Source of the DNA: Spirochaetota bacterium
GTDB lineage: Bacteria; Spirochaetota; UBA6919; CBDBPB01
Length of the DNA stretch: 64,000 bases
NCBI GenBank assembly: GCA_965208615.1
Contig: CBDBPB010000006.1
Coordinates: 64,001 to 128,000, forward strand
Reading direction: 5' to 3'
The position numbers and the translations under genes are program-made. Positions 50,019-59,869 of this stretch are shown here, piece by piece; position 1 is the first letter of the stretch; each line of letters starts with the position of its first letter. Under the pieces are notes generated by a model. The model was not told the origin of the DNA and made no database searches. It was given only the letters and a program-made list of their open reading frames with translations.

Positions 50019-50585
50019 TTATTTGGATAGATTAGTTAATCCAGAGGCAATTTTATCAATAGGTAATATATTGTCATGTAGGTTTTCATTAATTACTGTT
50101 TGTGGTAAATCTGATATAAAGCATGTAGAAGGGCTTTGAACAATGACATTACCTTTTTCATTTTTCAACATTTTTATATTATCAATAAGGTCTTTCTCTA
50201 GAGAGATACCGGTTAAAACAGTTAATATGATAGAGTTCTTATAATATTCAATAGCTTCTTTTATGGTATTAGAGATAGATGGTGTATTATCACTATCTAT
50301 GGACTTAATAAGTCTGAATTTATTATTGAGAAAGGCAATATCATATCCCCCTGGTATTAGAACGGCTTCATTTTTAGTTATAGGTCTATCATCAAAAGCG
50401 ACTCTAACTTTAAGGGGACTAATTTCATTTAATGCTTCTGCTAAGCTTTCAGCAAATATACCCGGTGGTATTCTTTGAACAATAATTATTGGAATAGAAA
50501 AATCTTTTGGCATTTGTTTTAATATTATTCTTAGAGCACTTGGCCCACCAGTTGAAGCAGCTATTATAATAAAATTATAAGACAT
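50019..50585 (-). CDS. Stand-alone CheB methylesterase-like domain, probably inactive
   Basis: AASTGGP, IVQRIP (normally VQHMP), PSI, VLTGIS, VQSPSTC...LP; no receiver domain. Confidence 0.85.
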   Translation of the reverse strand: MSYNFIIIAASTGGPSALRIILKQMPKDFSIPIIIVQRIPPGIFAESLAEALNEISPLKVRVAFDDRPITKNEAVLIPGGYDIAFLNNKFRLIKSIDSDNTPSISNTIKEAIEYYKNSIILTVLTGISLEKDLIDNIKMLKNEKGNVIVQSPSTCFISDLPQTVINENLHDNILPIDKIASGLTNLSK

Positions 50586-50614
50586 AAATAATCCTAGCCA
50601 TCTATTTCTTTAAT

Positions 50615-50643
50615 ATAATAGTTTTTCTTTTGTCAGTTGTCAA
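50615..50643 (-). promoter_or_regulatory. Candidate sigma70 promoter for the cheB-like gene
   Basis: TTGACA-N17-TATTAT on the minus strand, 30 nt upstream of the start. Confidence 0.5.
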
Positions 50644-50671
50644 GACTATTTATCAAATTTATGATAATTTC

Positions 50672-52147
50672 TTAAACTTTGACTTCTGGTTTATAATCTT
50701 CTATAATAGATTTTTGAGATAATAATATAGGGTTTACTTCAGAATTAATAAAGTCATCCACCTGAGTACTACAAAGACCAGTATAATGTTCTTTTTTTAT
50801 CATACTGATTATATCCTTTTCTGAAAATGGTATTTTTTCATGTTTACCAAGGAGTTTTAGTAGTGGATTCTCCTCTCCGTATTCTTTAATACGTTTTACA
50901 GACTCAATAGAGAGCTGACGTATAATTTCGTGTACTTCTTGTCTATCTTTTCCTAGTTTTACAGACTCCATAAGTATATTTTCTGTAAACATAAAAGGTA
51001 ATTCATTGAATAGATGTTTTTCAATAACTTTTTCATTAACCTTAACCCCCCTAATAATGTTATGAAATAGAGTGATAACAGCTTCAGCTCCCATAAATGC
51101 TTCGGGAATTGAGAGTCTTTTATTAGCGCTATCATCTAGGGTACGTTCAAGCCATTGGTTTGCCCCAGTAAAAGCGGCATTTTGAGTAATATTAATGACA
51201 TACCTAGCTAAGCTAGCTATTCGTTCTGACTGCATAGGATTTTTTTTATAAGCCATTGCAGATGAGCCAATTTGTTTATCTTTAAAAGGTTCTTCTAGTT
51301 CGGATAGGTTTTGCAAAAGTCGCATATCATTACTAAATTTGTATGCACTTTGGGATATAGCACTTAACAAAGATAAAATACGATAATCGACTTTCCGAGA
51401 ATAGGTTTGTCCGGTTACTAAGGCTGGTTTACTAAAGCCCATTTCTTTAGTTACCATACTATCTAAAGACTTAACTTTATCAGCATTACCATCAAATAGT
51501 TTCAGAAATGAATTTTGTGTACCTGTAGTTCCTTTAACCCCTCTAAAAGGTATGTTGTCTATAACGAAGTTGAGTTCATGATAGTCATATACAAGTTCTT
51601 GGAGCCATAATGAGCCTCGTTTACCTACGGTAGTTGGTTGAGCAGGCTGAAAGTGCGTAAACCCTAAGGTTGCCATATCCTTATATTTTAGGCTAAACTT
51701 TTTAAGTTCTGCTATAAGGCCTAAGAGCTTTTTTTTAATTAACTCTAAAGCGGATTTCATTTGAATTAGATCGGTATTATCTAATACGTATGCACTAGTG
51801 GCTCCAAGATGTATAATTTTTTTAGCATTAGGACATTGTAGGCCATAAGCATAAATATGACTCATTACCTCATGCCTTGTTTTTTTTTCTTGTTCCCATG
51901 CAATATCATAATTAATGTTATTTTGATTAGCAATTAGTTCATTAATTTGTTTTTCTGTTATTTTTAGGCCCAGTTTTTTTTGACTTACTGCTAGGGCAAC
52001 CCATAATTTTCGCCAGTTTTTAAAACGAAACTCTGGAGAAAAGATATAACTCATATTTTTCGAGCAATATCTATGGGTTAGTGGATTTTGATAGATTTTG
52101 TTATTTTCGTTAATCAAGGTAATCTTATCGTAGTGAATAAACTTCAT
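50672..52147 (-). CDS. purB: Adenylosuccinate lyase
   Basis: NPL..RY.S, RHEVMSH, IHLGATS, GFTHFQPAQ, GSSAMAYKKNP, ERTLDDSA. Start uncertain. Confidence 0.95.
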   Translation of the reverse strand: MKFIHYDKITLINENNKIYQNPLTHRYCSKNMSYIFSPEFRFKNWRKLWVALAVSQKKLGLKITEKQINELIANQNNINYDIAWEQEKKTRHEVMSHIYAYGLQCPNAKKIIHLGATSAYVLDNTDLIQMKSALELIKKKLLGLIAELKKFSLKYKDMATLGFTHFQPAQPTTVGKRGSLWLQELVYDYHELNFVIDNIPFRGVKGTTGTQNSFLKLFDGNADKVKSLDSMVTKEMGFSKPALVTGQTYSRKVDYRILSLLSAISQSAYKFSNDMRLLQNLSELEEPFKDKQIGSSAMAYKKNPMQSERIASLARYVINITQNAAFTGANQWLERTLDDSANKRLSIPEAFMGAEAVITLFHNIIRGVKVNEKVIEKHLFNELPFMFTENILMESVKLGKDRQEVHEIIRQLSIESVKRIKEYGEENPLLKLLGKHEKIPFSEKDIISMIKKEHYTGLCSTQVDDFINSEVNPILLSQKSIIEDYKPEVKV

Positions 52148-52472
52148 CTTTTATAGGTAAACTTTTTCTTAAATCTTTCAAGTATGATTTTAGTTCACCC
52201 ATGGGTTCGTAAATATCGCATTCTTCTACAGTTCTTCTAGCTACTGTAAAGAATTTATAGATTTTTTCTTCTCCTAATTTTTTCTTCCATTTTTTAGCAA
52301 TACATTTTACACGAAGTACATATTGCTCATCACCTGTAGAGGTTCTAAGTAAAACGCAATAAACACAGTTTGCGCAATAGACTCTCCCTTCATCATTGTC
52401 GTTATTGGACAACTGTTTAGCTTTGTCGAAGTCAGAAGTAACTTCTTTAGATTTACGTTGAGTAACCTCCAT
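52125..52472 (-). CDS. Small Cys-rich hypothetical protein
   Basis: AGGAG RBS; YCANCVYC..RVKC..ECDIYEPM. Confidence 0.75.
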   Translation of the reverse strand: MEVTQRKSKEVTSDFDKAKQLSNNDNDEGRVYCANCVYCVLLRTSTGDEQYVLRVKCIAKKWKKKLGEEKIYKFFTVARRTVEECDIYEPMGELKSYLKDLRKSLPIKDEVYSLR

Positions 52473-52670
52473 AATTTTTCTCCTTGTTGTTTTTAAGTAG
52501 TTATTAAAAACCTTTTCTAGTATGAAAATACAAACAGTAGCTCTATTATAACTAAAGCTACAAATAAAACTAGCCTTATGATTATGTAAAATAATTACGT
52601 AATCAAAAAATAAACCTTTTAGTTTATAAAGTCAACATAATTTTTCAAAGCCCTTTATAACAAAGATAGT

Positions 52671-53057
52671 TTATTGTTCAGAGATAAATAACTTATATTC
52701 ACTTTCATTTTTGAGTTTTTCTAACTCATTTATATCTTTTATTTGTATTTTAATAAGCCATCCTTTATTAGTGGGATCAGAATTAATAACTTCAGGTTTT
52801 TCAATAACCATATTATTTATATCAGTTATAGCTCCAGATACTGGTGTATAGATGTCAGATACAGCCTTTACTGATTCAATAGTACTAAAGCATTCTCCAA
52901 TTTTAATGTTGTCTCCTTTTTTTGTTATTAAATCTAAAAACACAATATCACCTAGTTCACTTTGTGCATAATCAGTAATACCGATAGTAGCAATATCATT
53001 ATTTAGTTTAACCCACTCATGGGTATCAGTAAAAAATAAGTTATCCATAGTAACCAT
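52671..53057 (-). CDS. gcvH: Glycine cleavage system H protein
   Basis: HEWV, GITDYAQSELGDIVF, IESVKAVSDIYTPVSG (lipoyl-Lys), GWL. Confidence 0.96.
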   Translation of the reverse strand: MVTMDNLFFTDTHEWVKLNNDIATIGITDYAQSELGDIVFLDLITKKGDNIKIGECFSTIESVKAVSDIYTPVSGAITDINNMVIEKPEVINSDPTNKGWLIKIQIKDINELEKLKNESEYKLFISEQ

Positions 53058-53129
53058 CCTTATATTAACTTTATCTACTCATTTTAAAATAACATTAGTT
53101 TTTTTGAGAAAAGAATTTTTATCAACATG

Positions 53130-53158
53130 TTGACAATAACGTATTTTTTTTCTATTTT
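53130..53158 (+). promoter_or_regulatory. Candidate sigma70 promoter upstream of tRNA-Ala
   Basis: TTGACA-N17-TATTTT; the -35 overlaps the perfect palindrome TCAACATGTTGA (53122-53133). Confidence 0.4.
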
Positions 53159-53285
53159 AAAATTAAGTTATTTATTATAGTTATAATATAGTAAAACCGC
53201 TTAACATACTACTATATAAATATTATATTTGTAATTCTTATAATGGTTTTACATTTAAATTAAAATATACTTATCTGTTTTACAT

Positions 53286-53358
<73 letters not shown>

Positions 53359-53594
53359 AAGCTTTTTAATATGGTCTATTAGGCATAAAAATTATATTAA
53401 TCCTCAATAATAACCCAGGTTTTGTATTGTTAAAAAAACATAAACCTTCTATATAAAAATAAAAAAAGCAGTAAAAAAAATAAAAGATTACTCTAAAAAA
53501 TAATGAAGCTAGCCGACTTTTATTTAAAAGTGAAGAAATAGTGACTTTTTTATAATAAAAAGCATTTTAAGCAAAAATCAGGGAGTTTAATATT

Positions 53595-54416
53595 ATGACA
53601 TTAAAAATACTAAAGTTTTCATTTTTCATTTTACTATTTAGTTATTCCTGTTCTGACGAAGCTAAACATACTAAGCCAGAAAAAAGTACTAAGCCAGAAA
53701 GTGTAAAAACTTATCCTGATGCTCTTACAAAGGTAAGCAAGAATTATAAAAAGGTTCCTGGGTTTATATGTAAGTTTGGTGTAGGCATTACTAAAGGGGG
53801 TAAGAACGTATCTGCTGATGGTTTAGCCTATGTTGACAAAAAATTAAACAGATTAAAAATAATATTAAAGGATACCTTAGCTAATCAAGTACTATTGGAT
53901 TTAGCCTTAACTAATGAAATCATTAAGTTATACTTTTATAATACTAGTGGGGGAGTAGTTATAAGTGGTCCTGTTAACAACTTAAACCTTGGAAGGTATA
54001 TAGCTAACTTTAACCTAAATATTATGGATCTAATTAAATTAATAAAGGCAAACTCCTATATTATTACTGACGTACATGATGTTGAGAAGCAAGATGATGA
54101 TAAGTTTATCTTTTACAAAATTAAAAAGGATAATGTTATACAAATTATAAAACTAAATAAACAAAACCATAGAATAAATCAATTGGGTCATTTTGTAGAT
54201 GGTAAAATGGCTTTTAGGATTGCCTACAAAAACTATAAAGAGTTTTCAGACTTTTATTTTCCTATGAAAAGCTACTTTTATCACAAATCTAAAAATAAAA
54301 CTAATAAAATAGTTATTTTTATCTCGTCAGACATCAACTTCTCACCTGAGTTTGATAGTAAATATTTTGAACTTAATAGTAAGTATCCAAAAGCTAGAAA
54401 GATTTACTACAACTAA
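53595..54416 (+). CDS. Lipoprotein, possibly LolA/LolB-like fold (DUF4292-like)
   Basis: Lipobox-like FSYSC; beta-rich body ending 'IAYKNYKEF..FYFP', typical of this group. Confidence 0.55.
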   Translation: MTLKILKFSFFILLFSYSCSDEAKHTKPEKSTKPESVKTYPDALTKVSKNYKKVPGFICKFGVGITKGGKNVSADGLAYVDKKLNRLKIILKDTLANQVLLDLALTNEIIKLYFYNTSGGVVISGPVNNLNLGRYIANFNLNIMDLIKLIKANSYIITDVHDVEKQDDDKFIFYKIKKDNVIQIIKLNKQNHRINQLGHFVDGKMAFRIAYKNYKEFSDFYFPMKSYFYHKSKNKTNKIVIFISSDINFSPEFDSKYFELNSKYPKARKIYYN

Positions 54417-54538
54417 CCTATAAATAATATAACCGGCCTATAAATAAATGGATAAGGAAATCCGATTATTAATATAATAAAGGCTGGTTAAGTTATATTT
54501 TATGAATAAAAAATAAATATAACTGTTAGCATATCTAT

Positions 54539-55114
54539 ATGGATAAACATATTATTAGGGAAAGTCTTAAAAATAAGAGGAATCAGCTTGCTTTTTGCGA
54601 TAGAACTTCTAAGAGTAGCATTATTCAAAAAAAGGCTATTGATTTAGTATTTAGTAAAAATATTAGCATTGTTCTTTCGTATATGAATGCTTTTAGCGAA
54701 GTAGAAAGCAATTTTTTTAATCAATATCTTCTTGACAACGGTATTATTTTAGCTATTCCTAGGGTGGATAGTAAGTCTAAAATAAACTTTTATAAGATTT
54801 CTAATTTAGAGGATGATACAAAACTGGGGAGCTTTGGGATTATAGAACCTAAAAGAAGATTAGGCATTATTAATTATAATAGTTCTAATATGCTAATAGT
54901 GATACCTGGAGTTAGTTTTGATTTAGAGGGCTATAGATTAGGTTATGGAAAAGGATTCTATGATTACTTTTTATTTAGAAATCCTTTTATGTATAGGGTT
55001 GGTTTAGCTTTTAACTTACAGATGGTTAATAAGCTACCAATTGATACTCATGATCAAAAGGTTGATTGTTTGATTACTGAAGATAAAAATTATAACTTTA
55101 AAAGAAATTATTAA
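54539..55114 (+). CDS. ygfA: 5-formyltetrahydrofolate cyclo-ligase
   Basis: SEV, AIPRV, FGIIEP, IPGVSFD..GYRLGYGKGFYD, HDQKVD..ITE. Confidence 0.95.
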   Translation: MDKHIIRESLKNKRNQLAFCDRTSKSSIIQKKAIDLVFSKNISIVLSYMNAFSEVESNFFNQYLLDNGIILAIPRVDSKSKINFYKISNLEDDTKLGSFGIIEPKRRLGIINYNSSNMLIVIPGVSFDLEGYRLGYGKGFYDYFLFRNPFMYRVGLAFNLQMVNKLPIDTHDQKVDCLITEDKNYNFKRNY

Positions 55115-55245
55115 ATATTCTTTGAAAATTATGATTTTTACCGTAATAGATATTAGAAAGCAATTTATTATCTTTTTTATAATATTAGCTATAGTTTAAA
55201 AGGGGCTTTTAACTTTAAATATACTGGTATTTTAAGGAGTAAAGA

Positions 55246-56106
55246 ATGAAGTTAGGTCGTTTTATCTTATTCATAAGCTTGATTTTTGTAATATCTAGTG
55301 GATATGGTCAAGTTAATAAGCCGTCATCTGGGGATATATCAAAGGATGGAAAGGTAGTTACAAAATATTACAAACTTTTTTATGAGTACTTTTATGGTGA
55401 GGACATGCCTGATCATGAGATTGTAAAAGAAGACGAACTTTTAGAAGAACCCAGTTATTTTATTGCTAAATACGAAAAGGGTAAACTATTAAAAATAGGT
55501 TATTATACTCGTACAGGCGATATTCCAGAGGAGAGAGCATTAACTTTATCCCAATATGTAAATAGTGATGGTTTGGCGTATTACTATATTATATACGAAT
55601 ATAATGAGAAAAAACAGTTAATAAAAAAAGAGTTTAGGGATAACTATGATAAAACGGTTGAGAGGTATGATTTTTTTTATGATTTTAGGGATAAGCTTGA
55701 AAAAATAGAGAAGTGGGGTAAGACTCCATTTCTTGGGAAGATGGAGTTAAAAGGTGTTAATAAATTCACATGGAAAAAGGGAGAGGCTAATCAGATAGAG
55801 ACATTTACATTTTACAATAAAGATCTTTTACCAGTGGAAAGATATTACTTCATAAAAAACCCTCAACATCCGTGGGAGAGCGATCAACAATATTTAGTTG
55901 GTAATAATAAGATATCCATTTTAGTTATAAGCCAGTATGACCGTTATCGTACTGGTAATAAGGATAAGTTGCTTTATTTTATAAGGTATGAACGGGATAA
56001 TGAAAAAAACATTATTCAAAGAAGGTATAACCATGATAAGGTTTTAGTTGAAAAAAGGCCTCCACTTGCACCTCCTGAAAAGACTGATGTAGATAATAAG
56101 CAATAA
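55246..56106 (+). CDS. Secreted hypothetical protein
   Basis: AAGGAG RBS, signal peptide, Tyr-rich 'YEYNEKKQL' / 'FFYDFRDKL' segments resembling RHS/YD beta-strands. Confidence 0.7.
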   Translation: MKLGRFILFISLIFVISSGYGQVNKPSSGDISKDGKVVTKYYKLFYEYFYGEDMPDHEIVKEDELLEEPSYFIAKYEKGKLLKIGYYTRTGDIPEERALTLSQYVNSDGLAYYYIIYEYNEKKQLIKKEFRDNYDKTVERYDFFYDFRDKLEKIEKWGKTPFLGKMELKGVNKFTWKKGEANQIETFTFYNKDLLPVERYYFIKNPQHPWESDQQYLVGNNKISILVISQYDRYRTGNKDKLLYFIRYERDNEKNIIQRRYNHDKVLVEKRPPLAPPEKTDVDNKQ

Positions 56107-56113
56107 TATTATT

Positions 56114-57430
56114 TTATATATTTAGTTTTTTAAAGAAAGTCATTGCTTCGCCGGCTAGGTAGAATGAGCCTGTTATTACCAGCAAGTCATTTTTGGATAG
56201 TTTAGTCATAGCAAAGTTGTATGCCTCTTCAAAGTTGCTTAAGTGGCTGACAGAAGAATGACAGTAGTATGCTTCTTTAGCAAGCTTATTAGATATATCA
56301 TTTTTAAATGAGTTAATTTTTGTTATTATTATATGGTTGAAAAGGTATAGAAAGCGGGATAGGATAAGCTTATAATTTTTTCCTTCTATCATCCCAAGGA
56401 TTAATACTTTTTTAGGTTTATTTTTGAAGTATATATATAGATTAGTTTTTAGGGATAGGATTGCATGTTCATTATGTGCTCCATCTATTATTGTAGTGGG
56501 GTTATGATTTATTATTTGGAATCTGGCTGGTATTAAAAGGTTATTCAGGGTTTTATTAAGGTTTTTTTCTGTATAATTAATTTTTAGTTTAGATAGTGTA
56601 AATAGTGCAATAGCACAGTTTAATGCCTGATGTATGGGGCTATATGGAAGACATATTGTTAATGGTAATTTATTAAAGATAGACGAATAGGTAAATGTTA
56701 AATTATTTGAAATAAGCTTAATATTTTGAATATTAAAGTCTTTTTTATAGCAAAATATAGAGGCATTTAGTTTTTTAGTTATCTCGTAGAAAAGCGGATA
56801 AAGTTTTTGTTTTTGTTTTCCTAAAACGCAGACACCGTTATTTGAGATAATCCCAGCTTTTTCGTATGCAATTTGGTTTAGGGTTGCTCCTAGGTGATTT
56901 GTATGATCATAGCTAATGGTATTTATTAATGATATTTTTTTAGTTTTAAAGTTGGTTGAGTCTAGTCGTCCACCCATACCGGTTTCTAAAATTACATATT
57001 GACATTTTTTTAGTTTGAAGTGTAATATTGCAATAGCAGTAACGGCGTCAAAGAATGATGGATGTTTTGGTATTATAGTCATTATTTTTTGTAGTTTTTT
57101 AGTGAGGGAGAGTAATTCGGAGTCTGTTATTTGTATATTATTAATTTTAATTCTTTCATTAAGCTTAACTAAATGTGGAGAGGTATAACATCCTGTTATG
57201 TATTTCCATGATGATAGTAGGTGGGATAGTATTATAGCTAGTGAGCCTTTTCCATTAGTTCCGGCAATATGAATTATTTTAAAATCTTTTTCGCAATAGT
57301 TAATATGGCATAAAAACTGATTTATAAAAGAGTTATTATATTTTTTATATGGAATTGTTCTTTTTACTTCATAATTTATTAAAGTATATAAAAAGTTGAT
57401 AGCATCTTCTATAGTTTTAAGTTTTTGCAT
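56114..57430 (-). CDS. folC: Folylpolyglutamate/dihydrofolate synthase
   Basis: HIAGTNGKGS, YTSPHL, ETGMGGRLDSTN, EKAGI, IDGAHN, TGSFYL. Confidence 0.95.
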   Translation of the reverse strand: MQKLKTIEDAINFLYTLINYEVKRTIPYKKYNNSFINQFLCHINYCEKDFKIIHIAGTNGKGSLAIILSHLLSSWKYITGCYTSPHLVKLNERIKINNIQITDSELLSLTKKLQKIMTIIPKHPSFFDAVTAIAILHFKLKKCQYVILETGMGGRLDSTNFKTKKISLINTISYDHTNHLGATLNQIAYEKAGIISNNGVCVLGKQKQKLYPLFYEITKKLNASIFCYKKDFNIQNIKLISNNLTFTYSSIFNKLPLTICLPYSPIHQALNCAIALFTLSKLKINYTEKNLNKTLNNLLIPARFQIINHNPTTIIDGAHNEHAILSLKTNLYIYFKNKPKKVLILGMIEGKNYKLILSRFLYLFNHIIITKINSFKNDISNKLAKEAYYCHSSVSHLSNFEEAYNFAMTKLSKNDLLVITGSFYLAGEAMTFFKKLNI

Positions 57431-57604
57431 ATCCTGTCCTTATTTTATAATATAGTAATAAGTAATATATACTACAAGCTAAGCTGATTTGATAGTAAGT
57501 ATAGGGTGTTAATAACACATAAAGTAATATAACATCAGTGATAGAGCTGATATATTTATTAATAATAATATGTAATTAATTTTAAGTATAGTGTTTTATA
57601 GGCC

Positions 57605-57631
57605 TAAAGTTATTATTAAACTATCCGAATG
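57605..57631 (+). promoter_or_regulatory. Candidate sigma28 (FliA) promoter
   Basis: TAAA-N15-TCCGAATG just upstream of the GAGGAG RBS of the 57655 gene. Confidence 0.35.
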
Positions 57632-57654
57632 ATTTAGTGGTATGTGAGGAGTTT

Positions 57655-57999
57655 ATGGATATTAAAAAAACTATGGATGGCGTTAAAGGTTTAGTGGCAA
57701 AGAAATGTAAAGTGATTATTGTTATTAGCATAGCATTACTTGGTATAGCTATATTAATTGGATTGCTTTGGCCTAAGACACTAAGTCATGCAGAACTCGA
57801 AGAAACCAAAAGACTTACTGATATTAATGATATATATTTTCAACATATTAAAAACTCTACTATAAAAGAGCCTAATATTGGTGATTCTATAAAGGTTATG
57901 AAAGAAAAAGATAATTTAAAAAAAGAAGAAAAGGATAAAATCAAAGTGCCTAGCTCCATGAATAAACAAATAAATCCAAAAGAATATAGAAAAAAATAG
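57655..57999 (+). CDS. Single-TM hypothetical protein
   Basis: GAGGAG RBS before ATG 57655; one hydrophobic helix and a Lys-rich tail. Confidence 0.7.
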   Translation: MDIKKTMDGVKGLVAKKCKVIIVISIALLGIAILIGLLWPKTLSHAELEETKRLTDINDIYFQHIKNSTIKEPNIGDSIKVMKEKDNLKKEEKDKIKVPSSMNKQINPKEYRKK

Positions 58000-58015
58000 T
58001 TGGATTAAGGTTATT

Positions 58016-59074
58016 ATGAGAAATATAATATTATTGTTTATTAGCTTGTTTTTTGTTTTTATTAGCTCTATAGCCTTTAATAAGGATATTAAAGTAAATG
58101 GAATAAATAAAAAGGTTTTTATATACCCCAAGAAGATTATAAATAGTACTACTAGACTTAGCTATTATGACAAAAAAAGGCTTGAGTTAATTGAAGATAG
58201 TAAAATACCTTATATAAAGTACGGATTTATAACAAAGATGCCGGGTAAGGCATATGTTATTGTAGACTATAATAAAAACAATAAGAAGTTAAAATCGGTT
58301 AGCTATAAGGTTAATATTATTACGAATAAAGCAAATAAAAATGATAATAACTTTAAGTTAAATCCTAAACATAAGCCAGAAAAAATAATTAATCCTATAG
58401 AAAATAATTTGACTGGTGAATACTCTTCTGTTGACAAACAGATTATGAAAGATAGTTCTATTTATTATTCATATATTGTTAAACTATTTAATAGAAGGCT
58501 TTATAATAAGGTATTGTTAGAGATTCTAAACTTTAGTCAACTATTTCCAAATGATAGAAGAATAGCTATGATTAACAGGCTTAAGGGTAAAACCTATATT
58601 AGGTTAAGACAATATAATAAGGCCATTGAGTGGTATAATAAGTTGATTGAAAAAAATGACTTACTAAAAAAGGCTAGTCTTCTTGTATTATTGGGTAATT
58701 CTTATGAAAAAGCTCATGAATTTAGTAAGGCAAAGTTGTGTTATATTAAAGTGATAACTTTGTTTAAGGGTCCTAAGGTTTTAGCTGATGCTCATTTTTA
58801 TTTAGGAAAAATATACTTTAATTTTAAAGAAAATAAAATGGGTATATTTGAGTTAGAAGAGCTTATAAATAAATATCCTGAGGCAAGAAAGAAAAGGGAG
58901 ATAGCGCTATATATGCTTGGGGAGATGTATTATAAAAAATCGCCTTTAAGGGATTATAAAAAATCATACTATTATTTTAGAACACTAAAAGAAGAGTTTA
59001 CAAAAGGCATATACTCAAAAGAAGCCGCTAAAAAAATGGACTACTTAAAAAATAACTTTATAAAATATTATTAA
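58016..59074 (+). CDS. Exported TPR protein (CpoB/BamD-like)
   Basis: Signal peptide; TPRs 'AHFYLGKIYF', 'ALYMLGEMYY', 'LINKYP'. Confidence 0.8.
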   Translation: MRNIILLFISLFFVFISSIAFNKDIKVNGINKKVFIYPKKIINSTTRLSYYDKKRLELIEDSKIPYIKYGFITKMPGKAYVIVDYNKNNKKLKSVSYKVNIITNKANKNDNNFKLNPKHKPEKIINPIENNLTGEYSSVDKQIMKDSSIYYSYIVKLFNRRLYNKVLLEILNFSQLFPNDRRIAMINRLKGKTYIRLRQYNKAIEWYNKLIEKNDLLKKASLLVLLGNSYEKAHEFSKAKLCYIKVITLFKGPKVLADAHFYLGKIYFNFKENKMGIFELEELINKYPEARKKREIALYMLGEMYYKKSPLRDYKKSYYYFRTLKEEFTKGIYSKEAAKKMDYLKNNFIKYY

Positions 59075-59296
59075 TATAAACCGCTGAATAATTACATTTT
59101 TATTTTTGTCAAAATAGTCTTATCTTTAAGGTTTTCACTTAATCCTAATACAAAATAATTTTTTTTAAAATAGTTTATATATTTTATACTAGTGTATTTA
59201 AAATTATTTTAAATGGTATATTATAATAATATATTGGTTGTCCAAGTTTAAATAATTTACTATCTATATATTATAGCTTATTTTATTAGTTTTTTT

Positions 59297-59869
59297 ATGA
59301 AAAAAGTTATTTGTATTACTATTATTTTGATTCTTATTAGTTGTGATGACGAGGTTAGTAATAAGAAAGATATTTTAGTGATCCCTACTTCTGAGGCAAA
59401 GTTTCTTAAGATTTTTAGGTATGACGATAAAGGGGGAGTTGAAATAGTTATTACTGGCTTAAAAAACGTTATTTTTAGAGACTCTAAAGAGATTTGGTTA
59501 GATAAAATAAGGGTACTTTACTTATCTAAAGAGGGGGATAAGGATGTTTCTATTCAGCTTAAGGCAGATAAGGGTAAAGTAAATTATAAAACCTTAAATT
59601 GCGAGGTTTGGAGTAACGCAGTTGTTTTGCGGGAGAACGAAGTTAGAATAGAGACAGAAAGATTATTTTGGAATCACTCAGAAAAAAAGGTTTATAGTAA
59701 GGATGAGGGGAAGGTTGTAATTTATAAAAGAAATAAACCTAATGATCCAAATGATATGTCTATGGTAAAAAGTGTAGGCAAGAATTTAGTAGCTGATAGT
59801 AATCTTAAGCATATATATTTAGATAGTGCAATTACCTCACCACCTAGTAGTATAAATGATGGGCTATGA
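59297..59869 (+). CDS. lptC: LPS export protein LptC
   Basis: 'LKADKG', 'IETERLFWN..EKKVYS'; synteny with lptA-lptB-rpoN; lipobox-like ILISC. Confidence 0.8.
   Translation: MKKVICITIILILISCDDEVSNKKDILVIPTSEAKFLKIFRYDDKGGVEIVITGLKNVIFRDSKEIWLDKIRVLYLSKEGDKDVSIQLKADKGKVNYKTLNCEVWSNAVVLRENEVRIETERLFWNHSEKKVYSKDEGKVVIYKRNKPNDPNDMSMVKSVGKNLVADSNLKHIYLDSAITSPPSSINDGL

Noticed and set aside
53058-53285. Glycine riboswitch upstream of gcvH
   Set aside because: No GGAGA/CCGAAG/CTCTCAGG-type elements on the minus strand.
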